NCBI GenBank assembly: GCA_973895155.1
Contig: OZ316892.1
Coordinates: forward strand, 11,968,238 to 12,032,237
DNA from: Marsupella aquatica
Taxonomy: Eukaryota; Plantae; Marchantiophyta
DNA length: 64,000 nucleotides
Direction: 5' to 3'
A program made the translations under genes and the position numbers. Numbering within the stretch: position 1 is the stretch's first letter; each line of letters starts with the position of its first letter. The notes below the pieces were generated by a model. It saw nothing but the letters and a program-made list of their open reading frames with translations. It was not told the DNA's origin and did no database searches. Of the stretch, positions 38,371 to 51,562 are shown piece by piece.

Positions 38371-39886
38371 ATCGATACAACTATGCAAATCGTCAATACC
38401 ACACAATGGCAGGCAGATGCCGAATGCAGGTACGGGACACATGATGCGGGACGCAAAATCAATAGTGTACCCAATGGAAAGTGAGATTGGTGGGTCCACA
38501 TTCCATCTCTTATAGGAAGCCACGTTGCTCATGGCCAGGACAGATTCGAAAGACACTGTCCGATCTTGACGTCTACCACCTTTAATCTGGACCGCTCATA
38601 GGATTCACGCTCCTACACCTTAAAGTTGAATAGGGGCTCGCCCTCTCCCATTATGGGGTACCGGTCTGCACTCATGCGTTGGCCCACAGGGCCTCCACAT
38701 ACGCTTGGCTCTATATCCCATAATGGGGCCGGTCAAGCCCTTAATCCTATACATTGAGGTTGTCAAACATTGACAAAATTTACTTTGCCATGTGTGCTAA
38801 CAACATCCTGAACATCTAGCTAGTGTGCTGTCCAACATATTAGCCCAGCAGACACTATATTCATAAGTTTCTAATGAGATAGAATACTTGAAAAATGTGC
38901 TATATTCATAAGTTTCAAACATATTAGCCTAGCAGACCATATATTCATAAGTTTCTAATGAGATAGAATCCTGGATAAATGTGCTATATTCATAAGTTTC
39001 TAATGACATAGAATCTTTGAGAAATGTGATCTTAGGGTGTGAGTGAAGCAGAACCTGAATTGAATACCAGACTATATTAAGGGAATTCTAGCAGCCCACA
39101 AAAACTGGCACCACAAAAACCTGAATTGAATACCAGACTACCTTAACGGAAATCTAGCAGCCCACAAAAACTGGCACCACACTTTGTCTCGTTGAGTTCT
39201 GAAACTAAATGTTTCTCTCCTACTTGTTTATGTAATTGTGGCGATGTTCGACGCTCTGTTCAAAGTTCTGTTCCAACCCATAATATCAACCAGGTGTCAC
39301 GGTTCGAAAAGCACCATTATGCGACGGTCCACGTGCACTGCTACATGTATAAAGTGTCACTTGTAACTTGCTGCTCGTGCATCGCAGCGTCTGTCTCTAG
39401 ACTCTCTACACTCTACCAACTGGTCAAGGACCTTAGTACCACTTGTTACCCAACTACTCGTGTTCTTCCTCGCTGCATCGATTAGTCTCTCCGAATACCT
39501 CGAGCTTCATCATGAAGATTTAGGTGTCGTCATGTCCTGCTACTGTCATAAAATTTATGAAATGCTGAAGTGGCCATTCCCGATTTGCTGTTGCGCACGG
39601 AGATATCAGATGCATTTTCCTGCGATAGCTTCGTATGTCGATGCTCTTCTGCCACGCTTCTTCGTGGTGAACTTTCTACCTGCTGCTCGAAAGAGAGAGG
39701 ATTCAGATCCATGTGGGAACAGCACTTCTGTGCACGGGAAAGCTCACTTAACGATGACCATCACCTAGTCTGTGACAGAGACGTCTCGAAGGAAAATCTC
39801 GCTCTGCATCGAATGCATTTCGCCGTGAAAAGTGTGTTATTGTCGTTTCCCATCTGGCTATCTCGATTTCTCATACATTGTGTACC

Positions 39887-41422
39887 ATGACTACTGCCAA
39901 CGCCATGAATCGCAATATTCCTGCACTGTCGTCATATCGATGGTCATGCGATGATGAATCACAAAGAGTCGCAGTCGAGAATCCGGCAACGGGCAAGGTC
40001 CTGACCGTAGTTCAGGCCGGAAATGCGTGCACGGCCAGCAAAGCTATTGAAGCTGCACAGAAAGCCTTCGAGACAGACTGGCGCTGGCGAGCTCCTTCCG
40101 AACGGTCCGCCTTGTTACTCCGCTGTGCCGATGAACTGGAAAAGCATAAAGATGAGCTCGCAGAGCTACTCTGCTTGGAGAACGGGAAACCGAAACGAGA
40201 CGCCCTGGGCTTTGACATTTCCTTTCTCGTAGGGGCTTTTCGATATTTTGGCTCTCTGGTCGACAAGCTCCCGACACAATTCTACGACCAAGGAGCATTT
40301 TATTGTGCGATCGTATACGAGCCTTTTGGAGTGTGTGCCGGCATTTTGCCTTTCAATTGGCCGCCAATCCACACGGGAGGCAAATTAGCGCCATGCCTCG
40401 CTGCTGGCAACACCATGGTTCTTAAGCCAGGCGATCAAGCGCCTCTCACCGTCATGAGGATTGTCGAAATCGTCAACACCGTCCTCCCACCAGATGTTGT
40501 CCATGCGGTACCCGGTGTCGGCCCGGAGGTTCCGAACGCACTTGTCACTCATCCTCTTGTCAAGAAGGTGTCCTTCACTGGCTCCACTGCCTCAGGGGCT
40601 GCCGTAAGCAAGAGCGCGGCTGCAACAATCACTCCCTCAACATTGGAATTAGGTGGTAAGAATGCTTTCATCGTCTTCGATGACGCCGACCTCGACCAAG
40701 CCGTTCGGGACGCGCTGGCTGGCGCTTTCTTTAACAAGGGCGAAGCCTGCACGGCCTCGTCACGGATGCTCGTCCAGGAGGGGATCCACGAACGCTTCGT
40801 CTCAAAGCTCTCCGCAGCTGTACTGAAGCTGCGGGCTGGGAATGGGCTCGACGATGGCACGCACATTGGACCGTGTGTATCTCTAGCTCAGCAGCAGAGA
40901 GTCCTGAGCTACATCAAATTGGGCAAAGAGGAAGGAGCAGAGATCTCTGCACAGGCAGAGCTACCTCGCGATCCCGATTGCAGTAAGGGATTCTTTGTCC
41001 CGCCTACGTTGTTCACAAACGTGACGAGGACGATGAGAATTGCGCAAGAAGAGATGTTCGGGCCCGTGGCGACAGTCACGCGCTTTGCTACGGAGGAGGA
41101 GGCCCTCTCCATTGCGAATGAGTCGCGTTATGGGCTGGTGGCCGCGGTGTACACTGGAAATCTGGAGAGGGGCCTTCGATGCGTTCGAAAGATTGACGTA
41201 GGGTTGGCGTTTCTTAATAACTACCACAGACAGCTTTTGGGAACGCCGTTTGGAGGTACGAAGGACAGTGGCTATGGGAGAGAACATTGCATTGAAACTC
41301 TTCATGACTGGACGACGGCTAAGAACATCCGCATTCCCTCGGGATTGGGGGAGAAGCCGCGGGCTTGGAAGGCCGTGGTAGACATCTTCGGGGAGGAGGG
41401 AAGCGAAGTCAAGGCATCGTGA
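39887..41422 (+). CDS. NAD(P)+-dependent aldehyde dehydrogenase; intronless, fungal/actinobacterial type
   Basis: Single 511-codon ORF from ATG 39887. ALDH motifs: ENPATG, PFNWP, APCLAAGNTMVLKP, SFTGSTASG, catalytic Glu in TLELGGKN, catalytic Cys in FFNKGEACTASSR, EEMFGP, PFGGTKDSGYGRE. Confidence 0.95.
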   Translation: MTTANAMNRNIPALSSYRWSCDDESQRVAVENPATGKVLTVVQAGNACTASKAIEAAQKAFETDWRWRAPSERSALLLRCADELEKHKDELAELLCLENGKPKRDALGFDISFLVGAFRYFGSLVDKLPTQFYDQGAFYCAIVYEPFGVCAGILPFNWPPIHTGGKLAPCLAAGNTMVLKPGDQAPLTVMRIVEIVNTVLPPDVVHAVPGVGPEVPNALVTHPLVKKVSFTGSTASGAAVSKSAAATITPSTLELGGKNAFIVFDDADLDQAVRDALAGAFFNKGEACTASSRMLVQEGIHERFVSKLSAAVLKLRAGNGLDDGTHIGPCVSLAQQQRVLSYIKLGKEEGAEISAQAELPRDPDCSKGFFVPPTLFTNVTRTMRIAQEEMFGPVATVTRFATEEEALSIANESRYGLVAAVYTGNLERGLRCVRKIDVGLAFLNNYHRQLLGTPFGGTKDSGYGREHCIETLHDWTTAKNIRIPSGLGEKPRAWKAVVDIFGEEGSEVKAS

Positions 41423-41945
41423 TAATTAAGGACTTTGCAGTACATGCGATCTAACTATCCTAAATTCAACATTGTACAGAGGCAACGCGTCTTAAAAAAT
41501 CTTCTACATTACTGATCTCAGATTGCAACAAGGCCAATAAACTGAAATCGATCAGTGCCTTTGTCCTCGACATGTGCAAAATTTTCATAATTTCTAGGCT
41601 GTACACATTCCAGTATTTACTGAAAGTATGATGCTCCTTTAAGACACTTCGGGAAAGCTAAGTGTGATGTCAATAAGCTTTAGCTTCTCCCACATGAAGG
41701 GAGTTCTCAAAGCAAGCGTCAGCAGCTTGTCGGAAGGTTCATCGATTTCGCCTGATCGGCGTCAAGGGCGCTATAGCTCTTTAGACTTCACTAGTACTCC
41801 TAGCAATCGACTCCAGAGTCTCGTATCTGTTCTCTGCTAGCTTGGCGACGCTAAACAGTCAACAAGGTTTCGGAGCTAGTAATCCCAATGCTATACTATA
41901 AAGATTATCAGCCAGCTTGGACAAAATAAGCTTGCTTCGGTCAAA

Positions 41946-42260
41946 TCATGCAGCCTTAGCAACAGTCGGAAACCATATTCCTGCAGCATCAACCGTATTA
42001 ACAGGCACAGTCTTAAACATCAACTTGGCCTGCGGTGCACTCGTTCGCACGATGTCCATAATCTTCTCCATAAAGTGCGTCAAATCCATCTTGCTGCGGA
42101 TCCCATTGCCTATGACGACTGCGTCGGGACGCTGCAATTCCAATTTCGGGCTGCAGTGAGGCCAGGCCTTCCTCGGGCAACTCTGGCTCCAATTCACACT
42201 AGATGCCGCATCGGCAATTTAAGCGGGCACGTCCGCGAGGCCCTTGGCAATAATGAGAAG
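41946..42260 (-). pseudogene. Frameshifted third copy of the 130-aa unknown protein
   Basis: The C-terminal half is intact (PKLELQRPDAVVIGNGIRSKMDLTHFMEKIMDIVRTSAPQAKLMFKTVPVNTVDAAGIWFPTVAKAA). The upstream homologous part (IADA..GI*CE..EEGLA) has stops and frameshifts and no in-frame ATG. Confidence 0.88.
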
Positions 42261-42274
42261 TTGAATCTTTGCAG

Positions 42275-44795
42275 AGCGAAGATGCCGTGGATTTTGTTTC
42301 GAGCGTTGAGACGTATGGGTGGATTTTGTTGAGTGCCGTAACTCTCGACGTCACACCGGAGGGAAGTATTAAAAGTGATGTGGGCATAATTGATCATACA
42401 TGTATACATCGTAAGAGCGAAAGAATTCCAAAACCTTAGAGGGTTCCGAAGGAGCGAAGCCAGGGGAAGATTGACAAGCACCAGGAATAAGAAAGGTCGC
42501 TGGAAGTATCGAGGGAACCTTTTGTTGTTTGCCAGGTCCACAATTTCACCTTATATTTTGATCTTACTGAAAGTAAACAAGCATGAATGTTGTCACATCT
42601 AACAGCAAGTTAGCTATGTCATATCGCGAGTACATTCTGACTGTTGGACTTCATTTGACTGACGAAAACGAATTCTTTCAGCACTGACTCTCTTCTCAAA
42701 ATGAATGTTCCGTGATGTGGTATTACATTCATCGTCTCACGGCGCTGATTCAACAGACCTGCTACCCTCCTCCCGGCATTCCTGCTCAACGAAAAGTCGG
42801 CCGAGAGCATTCTGTAGCGGCCATACTCCCAACTCGATCACTAAGTGTCATTGGCTACTTCGAATCGAGCGCATTCAGATGACTGATTGCCCCAGTTTTG
42901 TCTGGCCACTGCAAAACTTTCTATTAATCCTGCAAACTGATTACCAGTTTGAAGCACATTTCGAAGGCAAGTTAAATTTGATTGACAGAAAACTACGACA
43001 TCAATCAGCTTCAACGATGTCTCCCTCAATTTCCAATAACGTTCATCGTTCTAAAGATAGTTTTTCGTTATTTCCAGTTTTGATTTCTTAGCTCATTTTG
43101 AGTTTTGTTTGTTACTCTCATGTTTGGCTAACGTTTGTCTAAGAGAATTTTAGGAAACGCATCTTTTGTGGCACTCAAAACTTGATCAGCTGCGTATCAT
43201 TGAAACCATTCAAAGGTGTCTATTTTATTTTGGTTCGTACTTGTGACTGCAATGCTATTCGTTGAGCAACCGTACTTTCTGAAGTACCTTCTCAACAAAC
43301 AGGGGAGACGGACTTGAATTGAGAAAGCGAAGGAGAATTTTGAAGATCACAGAACGTAGAAGGGGCCACTTTATATCGATTCGTCAACGTGAGCTGAAGA
43401 CATTCTTTTCATGATAACCTATGTAGCAATCCACTTCCGAGTGTGATCTCTGTTCCCTGAAATGTCCTGGCTTCTTCAACGCTAAACAACAAGGCTTCGA
43501 AACGAGTAAAGCTATCCATCGACTTCCGAGTGCGGTCCCTCCCCTCTGTAAAGAACTGGCATTTCTCGCCACAAGGTTTTGAAAGAGTAATCTACACTCT
43601 GTCCTACAGCAATACTATCCCTTCGGCGACAATCAAGCATCCGACAAAACATCCTACTCTGTACAGCAATATTCAGCCAAGCTTGAACAAAATCAAGTTG
43701 CTGTATCCAACTCATGCAGACTTGGCAGCAGTCGGAAACCATCTTTTCACGGCATCAACCGAATCCGCAGGGCTAGTATTGAACAGCAACTTGGCCTGTG
43801 GCGCACTCGTTCGCACAACTTCAATAATCTGCTCCATGAAGTGCGTCAATGCCATCGCACTACGGATGCCATTGCCGATGATGACTGCGTCGAGATGCTG
43901 AGACTCCAATTTCGGGCCGAGAGCGGCCAGACCTTCCTCGAGATCCACTGCCACGAATTCGTACTCGATCCCCGCATCGGCCATCTGAACTTTCAAGGCC
44001 TCTAGTAAATTGGCAATAACAGGTTGCACGTGAAGAGGAACCACACTATTCTTGGGTGACAAACCGATCAACACCGCACGAACAGGAGTAGCAGAGGATG
44101 CCATGTCGGGTAGCAGAATCGAGGAAGGAAGGGCTTTACTTTGTTGAACGATGAGACTCTCACAATTGGTACAGTAGTGGGACTAGGACGAGAAGCATAA
44201 AGAATGAAGACTTGTTCCCATTGATCGGTATGATTGAAACCTTACAGAGCATATATATTGAGAAGACCGAAAGCATTCTAATTAGCTCCAAACCTATACG
44301 CGAACATTCCACTGTCAACGAGACATTACCGTTACCTAATGGAGAACGGCAGGTGGAAGCTGCGCAGAGGGACAGCGCAATGGTGTGTAGAACTTTCAAC
44401 CAGAAAAGGTGGAAACAGACATTCTGGCAACAAAACAAGGAAAGATCAGAGGAAGGACGCTTCTCCAGTAAATGGCTCCCACCGAAACGCACCACGTAAG
44501 TTCAGGATTTCCTGAAAGGTTTACTCTCAGTAATCAGGGAAGTATACCTTTCAACAAAACGCTGCTGCAATCATGACCCATTTTGCATCGAGAGCACTCA
44601 ATCGGACTGCAAGAATCAACCGGACAGACGAACAGAAACACAGGTTTGAGCAATGACGCACTTGTCGGCATTAATTTTCCCCGTGACGTGTTGCTCATGT
44701 CAGTATGTCACCCTATCCCATGGCGCTGTTAGCAAACAGACACGATGAGCTTAGCTGGCTTCTTGGTAGGTGGAATCTCCGAAGTAGTTTCCTCC
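42275..44795. repeat. Local segmental duplication, block 1 (paralog of ~50308-53000)
   Basis: Collinear shared blocks: GAAAGAATTCCAAAACCTT, TGTTGTCACATCTAACAGCAAGTTAGCTATGT, GGGAGACGGACTTGA, the small gene, TGGCAACAAAACAAGGAAAGATCAGAGGA, GCAAACAGACACGA.GAGCTTAGCT. Confidence 0.9.
43712..44104 (-). CDS. 130-aa protein of unknown function (small alpha/beta fold; microbial-type family), copy 1
   Basis: Intact intronless ORF with good ATG context (ACATGG). 79% identical (103/130) to 51563-51955 with the frame conserved. Motifs DAVIIGNGIRS and APQAKLLFNTSP.DSVDAVKRWFP. Confidence 0.88.
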   Translation of the reverse strand: MASSATPVRAVLIGLSPKNSVVPLHVQPVIANLLEALKVQMADAGIEYEFVAVDLEEGLAALGPKLESQHLDAVIIGNGIRSAMALTHFMEQIIEVVRTSAPQAKLLFNTSPADSVDAVKRWFPTAAKSA

Positions 44796-44984
44796 CCGCC
44801 TTCCAGTTCAGCCAAAATGCCGAGAGTACTGTCGAGCTACCACACAATTTACTTAAATCTGGTCAACTATAATAGGGCGTCTTAAATATGTGTATTTTGC
44901 GAGCGGGACCACCCCCAAGAGTGTCATGGGTCGGGCACCAAATGTCACGCCTGACCAGTCATGCCCGAGATTTAGTGTCTGGTA

Positions 44985-45231
44985 GGAAAAAGGCCCGTTG
45001 AAAAGTCGACCAAGCTCTGTCGTTGCCCCAAGGGGTCTCGGCATAGGGGTGACCAAAGCCAAGTAAACGGCCTCGACGATTTTAAGTTAAAAAGCTTATA
45101 GTCACCAAAAAAAGTGGGGTAACCAATGGGGTTCCAAGATGCAAGGAGTAAGACAAAGGCCTATTGAAAAGTTGGCCAAGCCGTGTCGTTGCCCCTAGGG
45201 GTCTCGGCATTGGGGTGGCCAAAGCCAAGTA
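44985..45231. repeat. Direct repeat pair (~80 bp), probably TE subterminal sequence
   Basis: AAAGGCC..TTGAAAAGT.G.CCAAGC..TGTCGTTGCCCC.AGGGGTCTCGGCAT.GGGGTG.CCAAAGCCAAGTAA at ~44988 and ~45156. Confidence 0.75.
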
Positions 45232-45954
45232 ATCAAACATGCATGGGTTTGGGGGCAAGAGACACAACTCCTAGAAGCGGGAGGAATATTGCCAAGTCCG
45301 ATGGGTGGGTCAGAGGAGGGGGCCTCTATAGGATGTATCCTTGATGGATATTGGGCTCCTAATATCTCATGTCTCTTGCAATGGTGTGGGCCAACCGGCA
45401 TTCAACTTACTTAGGGTCTATTGAGTTTGGAATTGGGCATGTAAATTTGAATGACTAACAATATATGTGAGTTGGATGCAGACAATGGATTATGGACAGG
45501 AATATAGAGTAATTAGGGGTTTTTTTGTTGTTGAGGGGACTCTTGTCAACATGCCTCCTCCTGACCAGGTATTGGCAGCTTGGCGTGAGAGGTACGCCAA
45601 AAACAAAGATACCATAAATCAAAGGTGTCGGGAGAGGCAAGCTCAATGTCGGCAACAACAAAATGGGGTGCTTGGAAATAATGGAGGGACTGTCGGGGCT
45701 CCAATTGATGGGGTTCGGGCAGAAGTGAGCACTCAACCAAACTTGGTGGCGCGCGCCAATAGTGGGAGATATCCGGGGGATATAGCTTTGTTGTGAGGCT
45801 CGAGGTCAAGGGCAAGCATTGGAAAGACCCCGTACCATTTCCAATAGTCGTGTCGGTGATCCAAACACATTGGTCCTTCAACCCATGGTTCCCTGTGACC
45901 CACATGTATTCGATGAAGGATTGATGGCTCATTCAAGGTGCTTTGGATGAAAGT

Positions 45955-46340
45955 GCCGACATGACATCTTTTTTCTCAACCACATCTTGGCCAACACATC
46001 ATCTTTTTTTTCAACGACCTCTTGGCCGACATGACATCTTTTTTTTCAACGACCTCAAGTTGGCTAAGACGACATCTTCTTTCTCAATGACTTCTTGGCC
46101 GACACGACATTTTTTTCTCAACCACATCTTGGCCGACATGAAATCTTTTTTCTCAACAACCTCAAGTTGGTTAACACGACATCTTCTTTCTCAACGATTT
46201 CTTGGCCGACACAACCACATCTTGGCCGACATGACATCTTTTTTCTCAACGACCTCTGACTTGGCCGACACAACATCTTTTTTCTCAACCACATCTTGGC
46301 CGACACGACATCTTTTTGTGCAACACACAGGTATTGAGCT
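45955..46340. repeat. Degenerate minisatellite TTTTTTCTCAAC(C/G)AC..CTTGGCCGACA(T/C)GACATC
   Basis: About 10 units. Reverse-complement relative of 12435-12775, with a shared flank (CACACAGGTATTGAGC). Confidence 0.8.
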
Positions 46341-47057
46341 AGTTGCCTATAATACCTGCACTTGAGGGTGGATGTTTCCATATTACCAACTGTTGGGACA
46401 CCGTCAACCTTACCCATAGCTGATGCTACATTGAATGCAGTGGGCCCCAAGTCTTGCTTACATAGAGCACATTTTTGTCCCAAATTTTAGACCACCTCTC
46501 TTGGAGGTTTCTTCTTTTGGCCCCTTGGTACATTCCTAGTTTGAGTGATTTGTATTAAATGTGAGCTCACAAGTGCTTCATAATATCAACTGTTGTAAGG
46601 GCTAGAAAGACTCTAGCCAAAGAATACCATTAAGGTGGAGTGGGTCCCTACCCTGTCTTTTAGCAATTACAGTGATTGAGGATATATACACTCCACTCCA
46701 ATTACCACTCCAATTACTAGCACGCGTTAAATCTACGATGTATTAGGGGATGTATTAAGACCCTCCAAGATGCCGGGCAAGTCGTACACTGCCCGCGCCA
46801 CTCCCAATGCTGCCTGCCCGTTGTACCACCCAATGACAGGTTATGTTTTACCACCGCCCCACATCTGATTAAAGACAAAAGCCAATCTCGAGGATAATTA
46901 ATGCTAATCCGCATTAATTACCCCATCAATGCTGCCCGCTGCTCGTATGTACTACGTCTGATTTTAGGATAAATACCTGGTGTGAAGGATTGTTGTCACA
47001 AATTGTGGAGAGACTCAATGGTAGCACAGCTCAGTTAGGGATTGGGAGGTCCCAGGT

Positions 47058-47535
47058 TCAAAACCAGTTGTGTCAAAGAATGTTTTTTAACATTCACCCC
47101 ACCCAAAAAGTGGGGATCATTCACGCTACTTACATTCAAAAAAAATGTGAAGGGGCGGGCAGTAGGCGTGGGCAGGTGTGTACCCAAGGCTCTTAATGAG
47201 CCTCGAGATTGCCTTTCGTCGCGAATCACATCTGTCGACAATGAAAACTTTTCATCCAATTCAAATTGCCAATAGTGCGGGTACAACACCCAGCGCTCAA
47301 AACCAGTTGTGTCAAAGAATGTTTTTTAACATTCACCCCACCCAAAAAGTGGGGATCATTCACGCTACTTACATTCAAAAAAAATGTGAAGGGGCGGGCA
47401 GTAGGCGTGGGCAGGTGTGTACCCAAGGCTCTTAATGAGCCTCGAGATTGCCTTTCGTCGCGAATCACATCTGTCGACAATGAATACTTTTCATCCAATT
47501 CAAATTGCCAATAGTGCGGGTACAACACCCAGCGC
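47058..47535. repeat. Near-perfect 239-bp tandem duplication behind a SINE-like head
   Basis: 47058-47296 and 47297-47535 differ at one position that I could see. They are preceded by GACTCAATGGTAG...GAGGTCCCAGGTTCAAAACC (A/B-box-like). Confidence 0.92.
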
Positions 47536-48361
47536 ACAACCATCTTGCACTAGCACCCACACTCGCCCTACATTGTCCATGACAGCCTGGGCAGAGTTTG
47601 TGCAGAGAAGTACATGCACGGATTTCTATGTGGAGATACTGACCAAGATCTAGGATAGCGGTGGTGAGTTTCACTCAAGAAACACAATTTTTTCCAACAT
47701 TGCTATATGGTGAATCTTTGTTTCAGTCTTCCTAGTTCATTTTTGTTTTGTCATTATTTTAATTTTAATTTGACCTATGAGGGCTGTCTTCTTTGTTATT
47801 CCATCAGTTTTGAATTTATCTCAGACCCCCTATATGTTTTTGTTATTTCAAAATCCTTTGTTTTTCTTTTTTGCACTTGTACACCTTTCCACAATTCTTA
47901 TATAATTTTGCCTTTCAAAATTATCTTGATGTAAAATAATTGTTACTTGCAGGGCTCAAACCCCCAACCCACCAGATCCCGGACAAGGCCACCACCACTG
48001 TGCTACAGTGGTTGTGCTGCACATTAGGCTTCTGACATGATATTTATTATTTAAATTACTTAAATTTATAAATTCTATGGCTTGTACAATGCACGCTGTC
48101 TATGAGCCTCTATTTCTTCACAATAAATTCATTTCTGTACTTGTATTCAAATGATTACTTTAATAGACTCAAATATGATATGATAAGATCATTTTTACAT
48201 CATTTTCAATAAGTTAAAATAGCAAAGTGTTAGAACTGTGTAGCTATATGGAGTGGTGAGTGGGTGTGCACGGGCTTGGCATTGACATGAGATTTGCCAT
48301 CAATCGCAAGCCAACATTGTTCTCTTGGTTTGTACTTCCGGTGGGAGCTGTGAGCTAGCGC

Positions 48362-48978
48362 GTCTTTCAACTACGAATGCGGCACTTTGCTATAAGGTTT
48401 CTATGGCACTTTTGCGTCCTTGCAATCTAGCAGTGATTCCTTTGAGGTTTAAAGGTTTTACGCACTGCCTGCCTTCGTTGCTTGAAGGTCCAGGGGGGTT
48501 TATGTTTTGTCATAGTTGTTTACATTTGCATTTGGTTTTCCACAACCGTAGATTAAGGTTCATATGAGGTTGGGCATGATTCTTGAAGATTCTAGGTTTA
48601 TAGATTCGTTGCTGGAGTATTGAATGATCTGTGTCATGTTGGATTGCTTGTGGTTTAGGGGTTTATGAACTGTCTGCCATTGTTGCTTGAAGGCCCACGA
48701 GGGTTTATGTTTTGTCATATTTGTTTGCATTTGCTACCGGTTTTCCACTGTTAAGCTTAGTTGAAGGTTAAATTGCATATGAACCTTAAATTAAGCTTGT
48801 GGAAAACCAAATGCAAATGCAAACAAACATAACAAAACATAAACCCTCTTGGAGCTTCAAGCAACAACGGTAGACAATGCGTAAACCTTTAAACCCCAAG
48901 GAATCACAGCCAGATTGAAAGGAGGCAAAAGTGCCATAGAATGCTTACAGCAAAGTGCCGAGTCCGCAGTTGAAAGTG
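48362..48978. mobile_element. Foldback / MITE-like element
   Basis: 48362-48565 pairs with 48777-48978 (GGCACTTTGCT..CTATGGCACTTTTGC..GTTGCTTGAAG..GGTTTATGTTTTGT..TAAGGTTCATATG versus its reverse complement). An extra partial direct copy is at ~48640-48750. Confidence 0.8.
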
Positions 48979-51562
48979 CTCTACCCTAAATCTTGATTGG
49001 CTGAACTTTAAGTTCAGCTTTGTGGTGGGGGCCCGAAAATGACTCTAAACATTTTTTCTGCACATACGTTTCTCCGCATACGATTGTGTGCATACTATTC
49101 TGAAAAATACAAGATACCCTCTCCAACAGTCGTTAAGTCCTTGTTAATAGGTATTGAAGTATACCTATTAACAATATACTATCAATGCCCCTCTTAGTGT
49201 ATACTACCATCAATGGCTCACTCATACTTTATTCTCTCCAACTGGGGCTCCAACTTTCAATGTGGTTGTTTTTTCTTTTTTCTTTTTTCTTCTTTATTTT
49301 TTAATTTCTTTTTCCTTTGGGTGGATCGAAATGGGTCACCTGTGACACTCTTTTCAAGAGGCTGAATAAGAGGGGCAACTCTGTTTAAGGGACCTTTTTG
49401 TGTGGGACCATTCCATGTATTTGCTTATCCTTGTTTTAATTTTATTCTTTTTTATTTCTTTTTCCTTTGGGTGAAATGGGTCACCTGGAAGAGGGACTAC
49501 AATTTTTGAAGGGGCTAAATAAGAGGGGAGGAATAAAAAGGAGGGGAGGAACAATTGTTAATAAATTAAGAAGTTTTATTCTGCACCTGGAAAAATGCTT
49601 CCAAGCTCTTTTCTCCGCAGACTATCTTCACAAAAATAACTTATACTCTGTCCCTCAACCAAGTATAGTTTATGCATTTTGGGTACATAATACCTTCAAG
49701 AATGTAATCCATGATAAGATCCTATTACCTGCTAATTGTTTACATGGTTGTGAATTATTACCATGCTTGTATGCCGAGTGTTAGATATAAAATTGAAAGA
49801 TCAAAGAGGACAATAAAGTGGGGTGAAAGCTTTAAGGTTTACCAAATGTGTGTTCAAATTGTTGTCACTCTTTAGTCAATTTGGTTCCAAATCCGAGTGC
49901 ACTACAAAATAAGTTGTTAAAGAATGAGTTGACAAATGTTTTGATGCAAAGAACCAATCCTCTAAGATAGAGGAATTCATTTTTCAAGTATTCCCGAAAA
50001 ACCAAGAGTTATTTTAGAGGACAATGCAGGGCGCACTGGGGGGGGGGGGGGGGGTTGCCGGCCAATGCCAGATGGCTGTGCGCCAGGTGTTGTACCCGCA
50101 CAAGTTTTCATTGTAAAGGGATGTGGGGTCGTGGCAAAACATTAACCGTAGTTGGGTGGTGCAGCGGGCAGGCAGCATTGGGAGTGGCACAGGTGGTGTA
50201 AGACTTGCCCGACAGCTTGGAGGGTCTCATTGCGGCATAAATTAACGTGCAATTCAACATAGTGCGAACCGGAGTAGCAAGAGGTTGCCACATTGGGTAC
50301 TAAATCGAGGCAAAGATGCAGTGAATTTTGTTTCGAATGTTGCGACATATCAGTGGATTTTGTTTGATGCTGAGACCATCAACCTTACACCCGAGGGAGA
50401 CTAAGAACATAAGTGTAAACAATGACTTGTGTGGCATGATTGATCATACATATATGCTCCGTAAGAGGGAAAGAATTCCAAAACCTTGGAGGGAACCGAA
50501 GGAAAGAAACCAGGGGAATTTTGGGAACCGACAGTAATAAGAAAGGCCGCTGGAAGTACCAAGGGAAACATCTTCTCTTGAATGTACAATGGAGTAGATT
50601 GAAGACAAAACAAGGAATGGTGAGAGGAAGGAACGTACTGACCATATATTATCATGATTGTAGGGCTGGACCGCACCGTTTGTAGTTTGCCATATCGTTA
50701 TTGCAGGAATGGACCACACCTTGTGTTGTTTGCCATATCGTTATTGCAGGAATGGACCACACCTTGTGTTGTTTGCCAGGTCCGAGATTGCAGTATGTAT
50801 ATTCATTTTACTGAAATGTAAACTAACCAGCAGATGTTGTCACATCTAACAGCAAGTTAGCTATGTTGCATCGCAAGCACTCATTCTAACTATTAGATTC
50901 AATCTGACTGACGAAAAGGAATTCAGGTTTGAGCACTGACTCTCTTCTCAAACTGACTATTCCGTGGTGTGGTACTAAATTCATCGTCCCACGGAGCCCA
51001 TCCAAACAGACCCCGTACCTTCCTCCCCGCCCTTTCTGCTCAACGAAAACTCCGCCGAGAGCACTGTCTAGCACTTGGTGGCCGCAATGCCACTGCGGTG
51101 AGCAAAACTACTTTCTGAACTACATTGCTTAAAAAACAAGGGAGACGGACTTGAGAAATCGAAGAAGATTTTTGAAGTTCACAGAACGTAAAAGGGGTCA
51201 CTTTATATCGATCCGTCACCGTAAGCTCAAGACATCCTTTTGGTGATAATCTATGTAGCAATCGACTTCCGAGTGTGGTCCCTGCTCTCCTGCAACATCC
51301 TGGCATTTCTTGCCGCTTCGACGCTAAACAATGAAATTCTGAAACGAGCAATTTACAGCCATCCATCAACTTCCCCGTGTGGTCCCTGTTCTCTTACAAT
51401 GTACTGGCATTTCTCGCCGCTTCGACGCTAAACAACAAAGTTCTGAACGAGTAATCTACACTCTATCCTACAGCAATATTATCCCTTCAGCGACATCCGA
51501 TAAAGAATCCTACAGCAATAATCCGCCAAGATTGAACAAATAAACTTGCTGCTGCATCCAAA

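Larger units (their letters stand above)
46755..50230. mobile_element. Pair of ~100-bp imperfect inverted repeats bracketing a 3.5-kb composite TE block
   Basis: 46755-46855 (AGACCCTCCAAG.TG.CGGGCAAGTC.TACAC..GCCACTCCCAATGCTGCCTGCCCG.TG.ACCACCCAA) is the reverse complement of 50130-50230. Confidence 0.65.

Noticed and set aside
40012-41305. Antisense ORFs within the ALDH
   Set aside because: Expected shadow ORFs of a GC-rich coding sequence.
42619-42810. Conserved small ORF shared with 50886-51074
   Set aside because: The similarity is explained by the segmental duplication, and the N-terminal frames differ between copies.
45455-45936. Overlapping ORFs as a transposase fragment
   Set aside because: No diagnostic motif recognised; left unannotated.
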